DNA of 19,104 nucleotides. Origin: Candidatus Hodarchaeota archaeon (GTDB lineage Archaea > Asgardarchaeota > Heimdallarchaeia > Hodarchaeales > Hodarchaeaceae). A program made the translations under genes and the position numbers. The DNA is taken from positions 1-19,104 of the forward strand of contig JAHQWW010000073.1 of the NCBI GenBank assembly GCA_029856365.1, read 5' to 3'. The notes below the pieces were generated by a model. It was given only the letters and a program-made list of their open reading frames with translations, was not told the origin of the DNA and searched no databases. The stretch's first letter is position 1. Every line of letters starts with the position of its first letter. Positions 8,411 through 17,422 of this stretch are shown here, in pieces.

Positions 8411-10414
8411 ATGAGCTTAATGAAAAGATGGATAAGTATTATTAAATTCAGTAAAATAAAGATAACTATCCCTCTAGCTCTTTTTCTTGTCTGGTTATTC
8501 TTTTTATCTGTGATGACACCAGTATCTGCTGATAAAAGAAGACTGGAGTGGTACTTCAACAATTTTGACTATGAGGATCGGTTAAAGATCAGGAAAGCAA
8601 TGGATCATGCTATCCCCCGAGACCAAATCATAGATAGCATCCTGAAAGGACTTGGAATTAAAATTGCCAGTCCCGTTGAGGCGAACGATGGTGCGTACAA
8701 CCCAACGGTTACAGCTCGAGATTTCGACATAGAAACAGCGTTAGACTACATGGAAGACGTTTTTGGTTATAGATACGATGCTTCTGCCGAGACGGGTGAA
8801 GAGAGATTAAAATACTTCAGCATGGTACTCATGACTCCAGTATCTCGTACTGATAGGATGAAATGGGTTGCGTTAACCACCCAGACGTTTCAAGAAATCG
8901 GGATTGATGTGACACTAAAGTTCATTTGTTGGAAATTTGCTGTTCCTCTTGTATTCAGCCCACCTATTGAAAAACAAGGGTTTGACTATATACACGGTGG
9001 ATATGATGGTTTCTTTATTGATTGGACTGGTGTTCCTGAATCTAATGTCAGACAATGGTTTAGCAAGGACAATTGGGTACCTGCAGGATCTAACCTTGGA
9101 TATGTCGATAATATAGAAGTTGATGAAATCCTTGTGCGAGCTTTAGAAAGCGTAGAAAAAGCTGATCGATTAGATGCCTTCGACGAATTCCAACAGTGGT
9201 TTAAAGACAATCTTCCCTACTTTATTGTCTTACAACATATAGATTTGGTCGTTTATGATCCAGATTTGAAAGGAATGTCAGCTAGCTTCGACTATCCCAA
9301 CTATGGAAACTGGACTCATCCAGACAATGTGGTAGTGGTTCAAACTCCATGTGACTTTATAGATTTTAATCCATTTCTGGCTGGTTCCTATTATGATTTT
9401 CTTGCGATGAATGCAAACTATGAAACCCTCATACAGCGATACCCCGATGATCCTGAGACATACTACGGGGCTGTAGCAGAAAGTTGGGAACATAGCGATG
9501 ACGGATTAGTGTGGACCTTCGATATCAGAGATGGCATTCAATTCAACGATGGTTCATATTGCACTGTTGATGATGTCATTTTCAGCTATAAGCAATTTAT
9601 CAACCCAGACGTGGGTGCCTTTGATGGTACAGATATGGCTTATTTTCTAAATGAGACTGGTATAAAAAAAATTGATGACAATACAGTTGAATTCACGTTG
9701 AATACGTTCTACGCGTACGCGGAAGGATTAATTGGCGCACATATACCAATCTTATCAGAGACAGAAATGGGAAACGTTCCTGATGATGAATGGGCAACTG
9801 ATGAGACCACCACAGTATACGCACCATTGGGCACAGGACCTTATATGATGGACACAGACAGAACAGACATGGAAACAAGTTTCGCTGTAATGGTTCTGAA
9901 TCCCTATTATGATGGCTCATTGCGTGATCCTAACGGTCAGTTCGATAATCCAGATATGATCGAAGAAATTCAAGTCAAATTAATCACATCAGTCGCTTCA
10001 TGTATTGTTGAATTAAAAGCTGGCACGATAAACGTTATCGACAAAAATGTGGCTCTCCAACCTTATATGGATGAACTCAATGGCACTAAGTCTGGCCACA
10101 CATGGGGTACGATTAAAAAAGTCCTTGGATGGGGTCATCAAGGATTCTATATCAACAATATCAACCCAATTTGGGGTATGAATCCGTTGAATCCCCGCGA
10201 GATGTACCCAGAAGATTATGAGCTGGAACCAACAATTACAGAGACGAATACAAAAATGATAACTAGCATAACCAGTCCTACAGATACCAAGCCTACTTCT
10301 CACACTAGTCTAATTAGTTCACAATCACCTTCGATTACACCTAGCTTTGGTTATTTAATTACCCTTGTTCTCCTAATGAGTAGTTCAATCATAGTATTAC
10401 GAAGAAGACAATAA
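8411..10414 (+). CDS. ABC transporter substrate-binding protein, family 5 (peptide/nickel), circularly permuted, with signal peptide and C-terminal membrane anchor
   Basis: Signal peptide ending TPVSA. Motifs IRKAMDHAIPRDQIIDSILKG, YETLI, AESWEHSDDGLVWTFDIRDGIQFNDG...DDVIFS and PLGTGPY. Ser/Thr-rich linker followed by TPSFG, a hydrophobic helix and RRRQ. Confidence 0.9.
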   Translation: MSLMKRWISIIKFSKIKITIPLALFLVWLFFLSVMTPVSADKRRLEWYFNNFDYEDRLKIRKAMDHAIPRDQIIDSILKGLGIKIASPVEANDGAYNPTVTARDFDIETALDYMEDVFGYRYDASAETGEERLKYFSMVLMTPVSRTDRMKWVALTTQTFQEIGIDVTLKFICWKFAVPLVFSPPIEKQGFDYIHGGYDGFFIDWTGVPESNVRQWFSKDNWVPAGSNLGYVDNIEVDEILVRALESVEKADRLDAFDEFQQWFKDNLPYFIVLQHIDLVVYDPDLKGMSASFDYPNYGNWTHPDNVVVVQTPCDFIDFNPFLAGSYYDFLAMNANYETLIQRYPDDPETYYGAVAESWEHSDDGLVWTFDIRDGIQFNDGSYCTVDDVIFSYKQFINPDVGAFDGTDMAYFLNETGIKKIDDNTVEFTLNTFYAYAEGLIGAHIPILSETEMGNVPDDEWATDETTTVYAPLGTGPYMMDTDRTDMETSFAVMVLNPYYDGSLRDPNGQFDNPDMIEEIQVKLITSVASCIVELKAGTINVIDKNVALQPYMDELNGTKSGHTWGTIKKVLGWGHQGFYINNINPIWGMNPLNPREMYPEDYELEPTITETNTKMITSITSPTDTKPTSHTSLISSQSPSITPSFGYLITLVLLMSSSIIVLRRRQ

Positions 10415-10488
10415 ATTCTTCTCCTAGTAAAATTACTTAGTGGTTATTTTGGAAAATCTTGGAAACCTCCCTAGTAGAATTCTCTGTT

Positions 10489-10519
10489 CTCTACTTTTTC
10501 AAACAGTGAGAAAATAGAG
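10489..10519. terminator. Imperfect stem-loop between convergent genes, possible terminator
   Basis: CTCTACTTTTTC-AAACAGT-GAGAAAATAGAG forms a 12-bp stem with one mismatch and one G-U pair. It lies between the SBP and sirtuin stop codons. Confidence 0.3.
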
Positions 10520-10651
10520 TCAGCAAAATAATTGCAATTATCAATCATAGAATTTTAAGTCATAAAAGGTTTTAAGGAATAGAAAAAAAAATTAAAACTT
10601 ATCTTTAGGATACTATCTTAATTCATGGCCTTTTTGAATATAATTGACCAT

Positions 10652-11368
10652 TTAGATCGAAAAAAATTTTGGTAGTGTTTTTTCAACTGATCCGAGAATT
10701 ATTTCGGTAACAATATTAGAAATAGGTGTATAATCAAGATTAAACTCAAAAATCTTAATTGATGGATTCTGTAGTTGGGCAAGAAAAGGAAATTCTGCTA
10801 CTGGATAAACAACTGCTGATGTTCCAGCAACGAATAGTATATCTGTCATGAATAAGCGATCAATACATCCTTGAAGGATATTACTATCCAAACATTCTCC
10901 AAACCACACAACATCAGGACGGCAAACTGATCCACAATTATTACATTTAGGTATGTCGTTAATAATATTAAGGAGATCTAATGTCCAACTGAACTTCTCT
11001 CCACAGCTGACACATCTTGCTTGACGGATCTCACCGTGAAGATGGGTCACATTTTGTGATCCAGCTCTTTCATGAAGATCATCGACATTCTGTGTTAAAA
11101 TAGCTATATCAAGACCTTGCTGTTCAACTTTTGCCAACGTTAAGTGTGCAGGATTTGGATCTGCATTTAAGATAATATTTAAGCGCCATTTATACCACTG
11201 CCAAACAACAATAGGATCTCTAGCAAAAGCACTAGGAGTAGCGAGTTCAGAAGGATCATAATTTTTCCAGAGTCCGTTTTTTCCGCGAAAAGTTGGAATT
11301 CCAGAAGCTTTGGAGAACCCTGCTCCAGATATCACTGTGATTTTCGTACTTTTATTATAATCAATCAT
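10652..11368 (-). CDS. cobB: NAD-dependent protein deacylase (sirtuin, CobB/class III)
   Basis: SGAGFSKASGIPTFRG, TQNVDDLHERAG, catalytic HLHG, zinc ribbon CVSC...CNNC, RPDVVWFGE and GTSAVVYP. YxxR in WYKWR is the class III succinyl-binding pocket. Confidence 0.96.
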   Translation of the reverse strand: MIDYNKSTKITVISGAGFSKASGIPTFRGKNGLWKNYDPSELATPSAFARDPIVVWQWYKWRLNIILNADPNPAHLTLAKVEQQGLDIAILTQNVDDLHERAGSQNVTHLHGEIRQARCVSCGEKFSWTLDLLNIINDIPKCNNCGSVCRPDVVWFGECLDSNILQGCIDRLFMTDILFVAGTSAVVYPVAEFPFLAQLQNPSIKIFEFNLDYTPISNIVTEIILGSVEKTLPKFFSI

Positions 11369-11412
11369 GTAACAGAAATTCTCCGAAGAGTTTATCGGAA
11401 TGGTTGAATGAA

Positions 11413-12114
11413 TTAAGCTGGGGTCCCCAATAATACTATAGTGTACAGCACATCTGCTGCGGATGTAATTGCATCGGAAGCATTTTCAAAGTTTTTCGCA
11501 GTGTCGAGAAGAAGAAAGTGAGTAGAATATCCATAGCTATCAGACATCCCTAAAATTTCCTCTCTGGCGCGAAAATGAACCTCATCAGCTTCACGCTCAC
11601 GATCTTCAATGATTTGGCGATTATCAAGAATTGTACGATCATCTCGTCCAAGAGCTGAACACATCTTTCGGAAAACACGAACAGATTCTATTGTAAGTTT
11701 ATTTATTGCCTTAAAATAGTTTAATATTGGATCTTCAAATTGTGACATGTCTACATTTAGCTTAGCAAGCATAACCAAATTTTTACTGGCAGATTTTGTC
11801 CAATTTGCTGTTGCATCAGCTAATCGAACAAGACGATATAGTTTTTCCCGAATTTCAGGGGGGAGTACTCCCCGCGCTATTTCATTTGCGAGGTCGTCTT
11901 GGCAGTGATCCGCAGATCGTTCGAGCATACTCACTCGATTATATAGTTTTTCTACACGAGCCAACTCTGGTGAGGCCATGTGTTTGACTAATTCTTCGCA
12001 AGAGGTGAGTGTATCTAAGATTTTCTCATTATGTTCATCTAAACCCGTTAAAATTACTTGATTTCGCCGTTGACGGAACCAATGCAATAAACTACTTTCT
12101 TCATATTTACTCAA
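11413..12114 (-). CDS. DUF47 family PhoU-like putative phosphate transport regulator
   Basis: All-helical with two repeats carrying LERSAD and REREAD, plus GVLPPEIREKLYRLVRLADATANW and FENASDAITSAAD. The TTG start overlaps the upstream ATPase by 8 bp. Confidence 0.85.
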   Translation of the reverse strand: MSKYEESSLLHWFRQRRNQVILTGLDEHNEKILDTLTSCEELVKHMASPELARVEKLYNRVSMLERSADHCQDDLANEIARGVLPPEIREKLYRLVRLADATANWTKSASKNLVMLAKLNVDMSQFEDPILNYFKAINKLTIESVRVFRKMCSALGRDDRTILDNRQIIEDREREADEVHFRAREEILGMSDSYGYSTHFLLLDTAKNFENASDAITSAADVLYTIVLLGTPA

Positions 12115-13201
12115 GTGCTAATACCTTCTTTAAACCAAATTCTGGAGAAGCGAATAAACGTGCTTCGTAGGGATCTATTTGGATGAATATCTTTTCTTTT
12201 TCTTCCAATAGAGTCTGGGAATCGATAATTATTAAATCATCAGTTAATAGTTTTACTTCATATCGAATGTATCCCCCCCTAAATCTTTTTCGTAAAATAG
12301 TTCCGCTCAGAGCATTATCTTCTTCCTGAGAGCAATAGTTCATGGTTTCAGGACGGAAAGCCAAGATAATACTCTCACCCTGATCAAAATCTCCTTTTAA
12401 GCCCTGAAGATCAATGTATTGATTATTTCTAAACTCAATTCTATAAGAATCTTGAGCTCGTTTCTGCTTGATCATTCCCTCTAAGAAATTACTTTCTCCC
12501 ACAAAATTCATTGAGAATAAAGTATGTGGATGTTCGTATAGCTGCTGGGGAGTTCCAACCTCGACAATCCGTCCAGCTCGAAGAATAACTAATCGATCAG
12601 ATATTGACATTGCTTCTTCTTGGTCATGTGTGATGTGCACGGCAGTTAATCCTAATTTTTTTACCAACCGTCGGAGTTCATACCGAAGAGACACCCTGAC
12701 TTTATAATCTAATGCTGAGATTGGTTCGTCTAATATTAATAGCTTTTCTTGATTAGCGAGAGCTCGTGCAACCGCTGTTTTCTGTTTGGCTCCTCCACTT
12801 AATGAACGGGGACGTAATTGCTTCTGTTCAAGTAGATCTACCAATCTGAGCATTTCTTCACTTATTTCCCCTCGAGTTTGTTTAGGTACATTCCTTACAA
12901 AAGGTCCGTAAGCAGCATTTTGTTCAACTGTCATATGAGGAAATATTGCGATACTTTGGAAAACCATTGCAAAGTCTCTTCGTTCAATAGGAATATTTGC
13001 CACATTTTTTCCATCAATCAAGATCGTTCCGTGTGTTGGTTCGACGATTCCAGTGATGCAATTTATTAATGTGGTCTTTCCACATCCTGATGGACCTAAG
13101 ATACCAACATATTCCCCTTCTTTGATTTCTAAATCTATTTCTTCAAGAGCTTTAATACGTCCAAAATACTTAGAAACCCCTTTTAACTGCACATTTGGCA
13201 T
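12107..13201 (-). CDS. ABC transporter ATP-binding protein (PotA/CysA/FbpC-like, C-terminal TOBE)
   Basis: Walker A GPSGCGKTT, Q-loop MVFQ, signature LSGGAKQK, Walker B LLILDEP and ITHDQEEA. Confidence 0.95.
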   Translation of the reverse strand: MPNVQLKGVSKYFGRIKALEEIDLEIKEGEYVGILGPSGCGKTTLINCITGIVEPTHGTILIDGKNVANIPIERRDFAMVFQSIAIFPHMTVEQNAAYGPFVRNVPKQTRGEISEEMLRLVDLLEQKQLRPRSLSGGAKQKTAVARALANQEKLLILDEPISALDYKVRVSLRYELRRLVKKLGLTAVHITHDQEEAMSISDRLVILRAGRIVEVGTPQQLYEHPHTLFSMNFVGESNFLEGMIKQKRAQDSYRIEFRNNQYIDLQGLKGDFDQGESIILAFRPETMNYCSQEEDNALSGTILRKRFRGGYIRYEVKLLTDDLIIIDSQTLLEEKEKIFIQIDPYEARLFASPEFGLKKVLALE

Positions 13202-14365
13202 TCAAGTCATCTCCAGTCTTTTAGCTACTTCCCAAGGTTCAAAGAAATAATTTATATTCTCAGAAGGGATTTCTAATCTAACCTTAGTTCCAACGTTGTA
13301 CTGATGAAGATCTGATGAAGGAATACTTACATGAAGCTCTTTCTTTGAAAGACCTTCAACCTGAACAGCGAGATTTGCCCACTTTCCCAAGAAGAAAGCT
13401 TGTTCAACAGTTCCCTCAAAGATATTAACCTTAAATTGTGACTCAGGCTTAGTCCTTATTAAAGGCGTCACAAGGATTTTTTCTGCTTTAACTGCAAGCA
13501 CAATTTCTTCATCTGAATGGCTCTCTTGTTTATCAAAGCTACGGATAATATCTTTTGGTTTAATGGTTATTTCATGTTCCCCCGCTTGAACCACTTCCCC
13601 GTTATTTTCATTTCTTGCTCTTGTGGCTAGTACTAAATTTGTTGTACCAAAAAAGTACGCTGCGAATAATGTGGAAGGATAATCATAGATTTCTTCAGGG
13701 ATATCAAATTGGACTATTTTTCCCTCATTTATAACAAGCACCCTATCAGCGACTGCAATTGCTTCCTCTTGATCGTGAGTAACATGAAATGTCGTTTTTT
13801 CAAGATCACTTACTAATTTTCGTATCTCAGTTCGCAATCGAATACGTAACCTGGCATCTAAGGCACGTAATGGCTCATCTAGCAGGAAAATGTCTGCATC
13901 CGCTGCCATCGCTCGAGCTAAAGCAACCCGTTGCATCATCCCCCCACTTAGTTCATGAGGATATGCATTGTAGCGAGTCCTTAGATTAACTAAATCGAGT
14001 ATCTCGTCTCCCAAGGCTATTATTTCTTCCCATGGTTTATCTCCTTTCATCTTCGGAGAAAAGACCGTGTTCTCCCACACGTCCATATATGGAAAAAGAG
14101 AATAATCTGATGTTTGAGGTAGATATGCCATATTACGTCTTTCAGGGGGAATATTATTTAATAGCTCACCATTCTTGTAAATTTTCCCTGAAGTTGGTTT
14201 AACTAAACCTGCTATCAATTTTAGTAATGTGGTTTTCCCTGCGCCCGTTGGTCCTAGAATCACCACATATTCGCCACGTTCTACTTCTAAATTAAAATCT
14301 TGTATGGCATAAAGCTTCCCGAAGCGTTTATTCAAGTCTTGAATTTCAATATGTGCTTTTACCAT
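13202..14365 (-). CDS. ABC transporter ATP-binding protein (PotA/CysA/FbpC-like, C-terminal TOBE)
   Basis: Walker A GPTGAGKTT, signature LSGGMMQR, Walker B FLLDEP and VTHDQEEA. SD AGGAG at 14374-14378 overlaps the permease stop codon. Confidence 0.95.
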   Translation of the reverse strand: MVKAHIEIQDLNKRFGKLYAIQDFNLEVERGEYVVILGPTGAGKTTLLKLIAGLVKPTSGKIYKNGELLNNIPPERRNMAYLPQTSDYSLFPYMDVWENTVFSPKMKGDKPWEEIIALGDEILDLVNLRTRYNAYPHELSGGMMQRVALARAMAADADIFLLDEPLRALDARLRIRLRTEIRKLVSDLEKTTFHVTHDQEEAIAVADRVLVINEGKIVQFDIPEEIYDYPSTLFAAYFFGTTNLVLATRARNENNGEVVQAGEHEITIKPKDIIRSFDKQESHSDEEIVLAVKAEKILVTPLIRTKPESQFKVNIFEGTVEQAFFLGKWANLAVQVEGLSKKELHVSIPSSDLHQYNVGTKVRLEIPSENINYFFEPWEVAKRLEMT

Positions 14366-14376
14366 ACAATTTTCTC

Positions 14377-16101
14377 CTATGCTTTACGTTTGCCTTTTTT
14401 TGTTACTTTAGCTCTTAGAACGAAGATCAATAGAGAAGAAATTAAAATTAAGATCACTGTTGTGAGAGCCGCGAAAAAATAATCGGGTTCTGCGCCCGTT
14501 ATCAGAGCAACGATGAAAACTGGAGCAGTGATGGATTCAGGAGACACCGCTAGAGTAGCTCCTGTTTCCCCAATACTACGGGTAAAAGACATGATTGCTC
14601 CAGCAATAATAGAAAATTTTACTACTGGAAGAGTAACATGATGAAACGCTTGAATAGGTCGAGCACCTAAGCTTCGTGCAGCATCTTCATATGCAGGATC
14701 AAGTTCAGCTAATCCTCCAATGGTATTTCTAACGATGAAAGGAAATGTCATGCTAATATGAGCCATAATAACAAAAAATAATTCATTTGGGGGAAAAATG
14801 ATTTGTGTAGTCCAGAATAAGCCCACACTAAACCCTAATGCTGCACTTGGTACGACATAAGGAATATCGACCAGTGCATCAAGAATACGTGAAAAAGGAT
14901 GGTTTTTACGTGTAATTAGAATAGCCATTGGAACTCCTAAACAGACATTTACAAGGGTTGCAACAGTAGCTACTATTACTGATAATAAAATACTTTGGCT
15001 AAAAAGAAACCAATCAGCAGTGAGAAGTTTTTCTATACTTATTCCTTGAAAAATGTACAGAACTAGGAAAAATGAGGGAATTAAAACAAAAAATACTAAG
15101 AAACCGAAAGATAAAATTGAACGAGCTTGTGGTGCCGTACCCTCGCTAATTCTCCATTCAATGCTTGGAAACACTCGTCGAAATGGTAATTTTGCTTGTT
15201 TTGCTAGAATTTTAGCAAGAAAAACTAGACATAATGCGATACAGATCATTAATACACTCGCAAAAGCCATTCCAGGTAATAGATAACCAAGCGGTTCCTT
15301 CCCTGCGGCAATAGCATGTTGGTAATCACCTTTCCAATTTCCAATTAGTACGGTACTCGTCTGTTTAAGGCTACCAATTGTAGCTAAAACGGTCATCGCT
15401 CCACCAGTATCACTTAAACTCTTAGCGAGACTTAACACCATTGCTGTCGCAACTCCAGAGCGAAATAAGGGAAGGGTAACAGTTCTTGCTGCTGTAAACT
15501 TGCTTGCTCCGCATGTTCGAGCAGCGATTTCTAGTGTGATGTCAATCTCATCTAATATAGCTGCTAATGAACGAATGACATAGGGAAATGTTGTAGTAAA
15601 ATGGAAGAGAATTAAAATAGGTAGAGCGTCTCGGACGAAATTCAAAGCAAAAAATGGTTTCACAGGGACATTTGGAGTCACTCCCCAAAAAAGTGCGACT
15701 GAGAAACCAAGCCCAGCTGTAGGGACAGCCAAAGGGAGTTCAATAATACTATTTAAGATCGATTTGAACCGAAATTCTTTTCGCACTAGTATCCAAGCAA
15801 TAGGAAGACCAAATATTAGGTCTACTATTGTTATCGTAACTGACACAGCAATTGAATACATCAGTGCTTCCAAAATCTCAGACATTATTGTTGGATTAGA
15901 AAGTACCTCAGATTGGATAATAACAAATTCCAAGACCGCATAGATTAAAACAAAAATCGTTGGGAATAAGACAAGAGTAAAAAAAAACAAAATAATAAAA
16001 AAATACCACGTGTAGGAAACACTAGGTTTTGATACGTATTCAATAAATCTAGTTTGAAACTGTTTCAGCTGTTGTTGATGTGAACTGGGAATCAGTGCCA
16101 T
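14377..16101 (-). CDS. ABC importer permease with two fused type I TM domains (CysT/CysW, ModB/WtpB, ThiP/FbpB-like)
   Basis: Two homologous halves: ELPLAVPTAGLG / DIPYVVPSAALG, FPYVIR / FPFIVR, EAA loops LEIAARTCGA / YEDAARSLGA, and AKSLSDTGG / TRSIGETGAT. Confidence 0.93.
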   Translation of the reverse strand: MALIPSSHQQQLKQFQTRFIEYVSKPSVSYTWYFFIILFFFTLVLFPTIFVLIYAVLEFVIIQSEVLSNPTIMSEILEALMYSIAVSVTITIVDLIFGLPIAWILVRKEFRFKSILNSIIELPLAVPTAGLGFSVALFWGVTPNVPVKPFFALNFVRDALPILILFHFTTTFPYVIRSLAAILDEIDITLEIAARTCGASKFTAARTVTLPLFRSGVATAMVLSLAKSLSDTGGAMTVLATIGSLKQTSTVLIGNWKGDYQHAIAAGKEPLGYLLPGMAFASVLMICIALCLVFLAKILAKQAKLPFRRVFPSIEWRISEGTAPQARSILSFGFLVFFVLIPSFFLVLYIFQGISIEKLLTADWFLFSQSILLSVIVATVATLVNVCLGVPMAILITRKNHPFSRILDALVDIPYVVPSAALGFSVGLFWTTQIIFPPNELFFVIMAHISMTFPFIVRNTIGGLAELDPAYEDAARSLGARPIQAFHHVTLPVVKFSIIAGAIMSFTRSIGETGATLAVSPESITAPVFIVALITGAEPDYFFAALTTVILILISSLLIFVLRAKVTKKGKRKA

Positions 16102-16400
16102 CTGTTTGCCCGCTGTTCATTTAAAAGATTCTATATTTATACTGATATTAGAGAAAAAACATTTCATGTTTTTTAATAATCATTTAAATCTGTTCATTAA
16201 CAATTGAATGAATATGCCAAGATAATTAAAATCTGATCAGGGTTTGATTTTTTAATAGATGTTTTATGATTCTTCATTCATTCATTTATCTCGAAGAAGG
16301 CATTAGATACAGTCAAACACGCTTACTATGTTTTTAAATATTACCAATTCCTTTTTCCAAATTGTAATATTTCATAAATGCTTTAATATAGGTGAAATTC

Positions 16401-17396
16401 ATGAAAGAAATACAAGTTACACTTCCTACTGATCGTAAAACCTTGATGGAGGAATTTCTTAAGGAATTTTCCCTTCAAGCTACTAGCTACGATTTTGGTG
16501 AATCTTATCGTTTTGAGTGTAGGATTGATGACTATCAGATGAATTTTACATTAGAAGAACTGAAAGCAAGAGGGATTGGTGTCAGCTACGGCGACATTAT
16601 AATCCGTCCAGTATCCTTGCTTATTTCTAGTAAAGAAAAGGAAGATGTTTTACCCGTAAGTGCTGGAGTGAATAGAGAAGAGATACTAGCAACTCTTGGT
16701 AAAATCTCAGGATTCTCTAGTATATACATTCTAATGAATTGTCTTGCAGCTGCTTTAGCTACTTTTGGTCTACTTAACAACGATGTAGTTGTCATTATTG
16801 CTAGCATGATCGTTGCCCCCCTCCTAGGGCCAATAATATTGACTTCCCTTGGATTATTAAGTCTTGAAACAACCTCTTTCATAAAACGAGGATTACTTGC
16901 CGAAATTACAGGTATTTCGGTAACAGTGGTTGTTGGAGGATTGATGGTTGTGATCACTCAATACCTCATCACTCTAGGAATATTAGGAGATTTTACAATT
17001 GAATTAACAACAGAAGTCCGAAATCGGACAGAACTAACCCTTCCGATTATCGCTCTTGCTTTATTAGGAGGACTTGCTGCGGGTATCGTAGTTGCACGAG
17101 GATTAGACGTGTCAATTGTTGGGGTTGCTATTGCAGCATCATTGTGCCCTCCTGCAGCAACTATTGGGATTTTAGTTGCATTAAGAGAACTTACATTGGC
17201 TTTGAACGCAATAGGCCTTCTCCTTTTTAACATTTTAGCTATTAATCTCTCTTGTACTGGAGTATTTTGGATATTTGGAGTTAAAAGCAGAGGCCTCTCA
17301 AAAAGACAGTCAGAAAAAGTTAGACGGATGAATATCATTTGGATATTTGTGGTTACAGTTCTGTTGGTGTTAATAATCATCTTAGCAGGGGGATGA
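16401..17396 (+). CDS. DUF389 / TIGR00341 family membrane protein
   Basis: ATFGLLNNDVVVIIASMIVAPLLGPI, EVRNRT, IALALLGGLAAG, VGVAIAASLCPPA and LLLFNILAI. A GGTGA SD at 16391-16395 favours ATG 16401 over GTG 16392. Confidence 0.92.
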   Translation: MKEIQVTLPTDRKTLMEEFLKEFSLQATSYDFGESYRFECRIDDYQMNFTLEELKARGIGVSYGDIIIRPVSLLISSKEKEDVLPVSAGVNREEILATLGKISGFSSIYILMNCLAAALATFGLLNNDVVVIIASMIVAPLLGPIILTSLGLLSLETTSFIKRGLLAEITGISVTVVVGGLMVVITQYLITLGILGDFTIELTTEVRNRTELTLPIIALALLGGLAAGIVVARGLDVSIVGVAIAASLCPPAATIGILVALRELTLALNAIGLLLFNILAINLSCTGVFWIFGVKSRGLSKRQSEKVRRMNIIWIFVVTVLLVLIIILAGG

Positions 17397-17422
17397 GTGC
17401 TGTTCTCCTCGTTTCATTAACC

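Noticed and set aside
8411-10414. The family-5 SBP as the binding protein of the nearby ABC operon
   Set aside because: It is on the opposite strand and in a separate unit. Family-5 SBPs pair with OppBC/DppBC-type permeases, not CysTW/ThiP-type ones.
10421-10481. Imperfect direct repeat CTCCTAGTAAAATT / CTCCCTAGTAGAATT as a CRISPR remnant or insertion scar
   Set aside because: Only two short degenerate copies, with no cas or transposase genes nearby.
13202-13204. Selenocysteine recoding at the in-frame UGA
   Set aside because: The position is a non-catalytic inter-domain junction, I see no evident SECIS, and the downstream ATG has its own SD.
14377-14400. C-terminal KKGKRKA of the permease as a eukaryote-like dilysine retrieval signal
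   Set aside because: It does not match KKxx or KxKxx spacing and is explained by the positive-inside rule.
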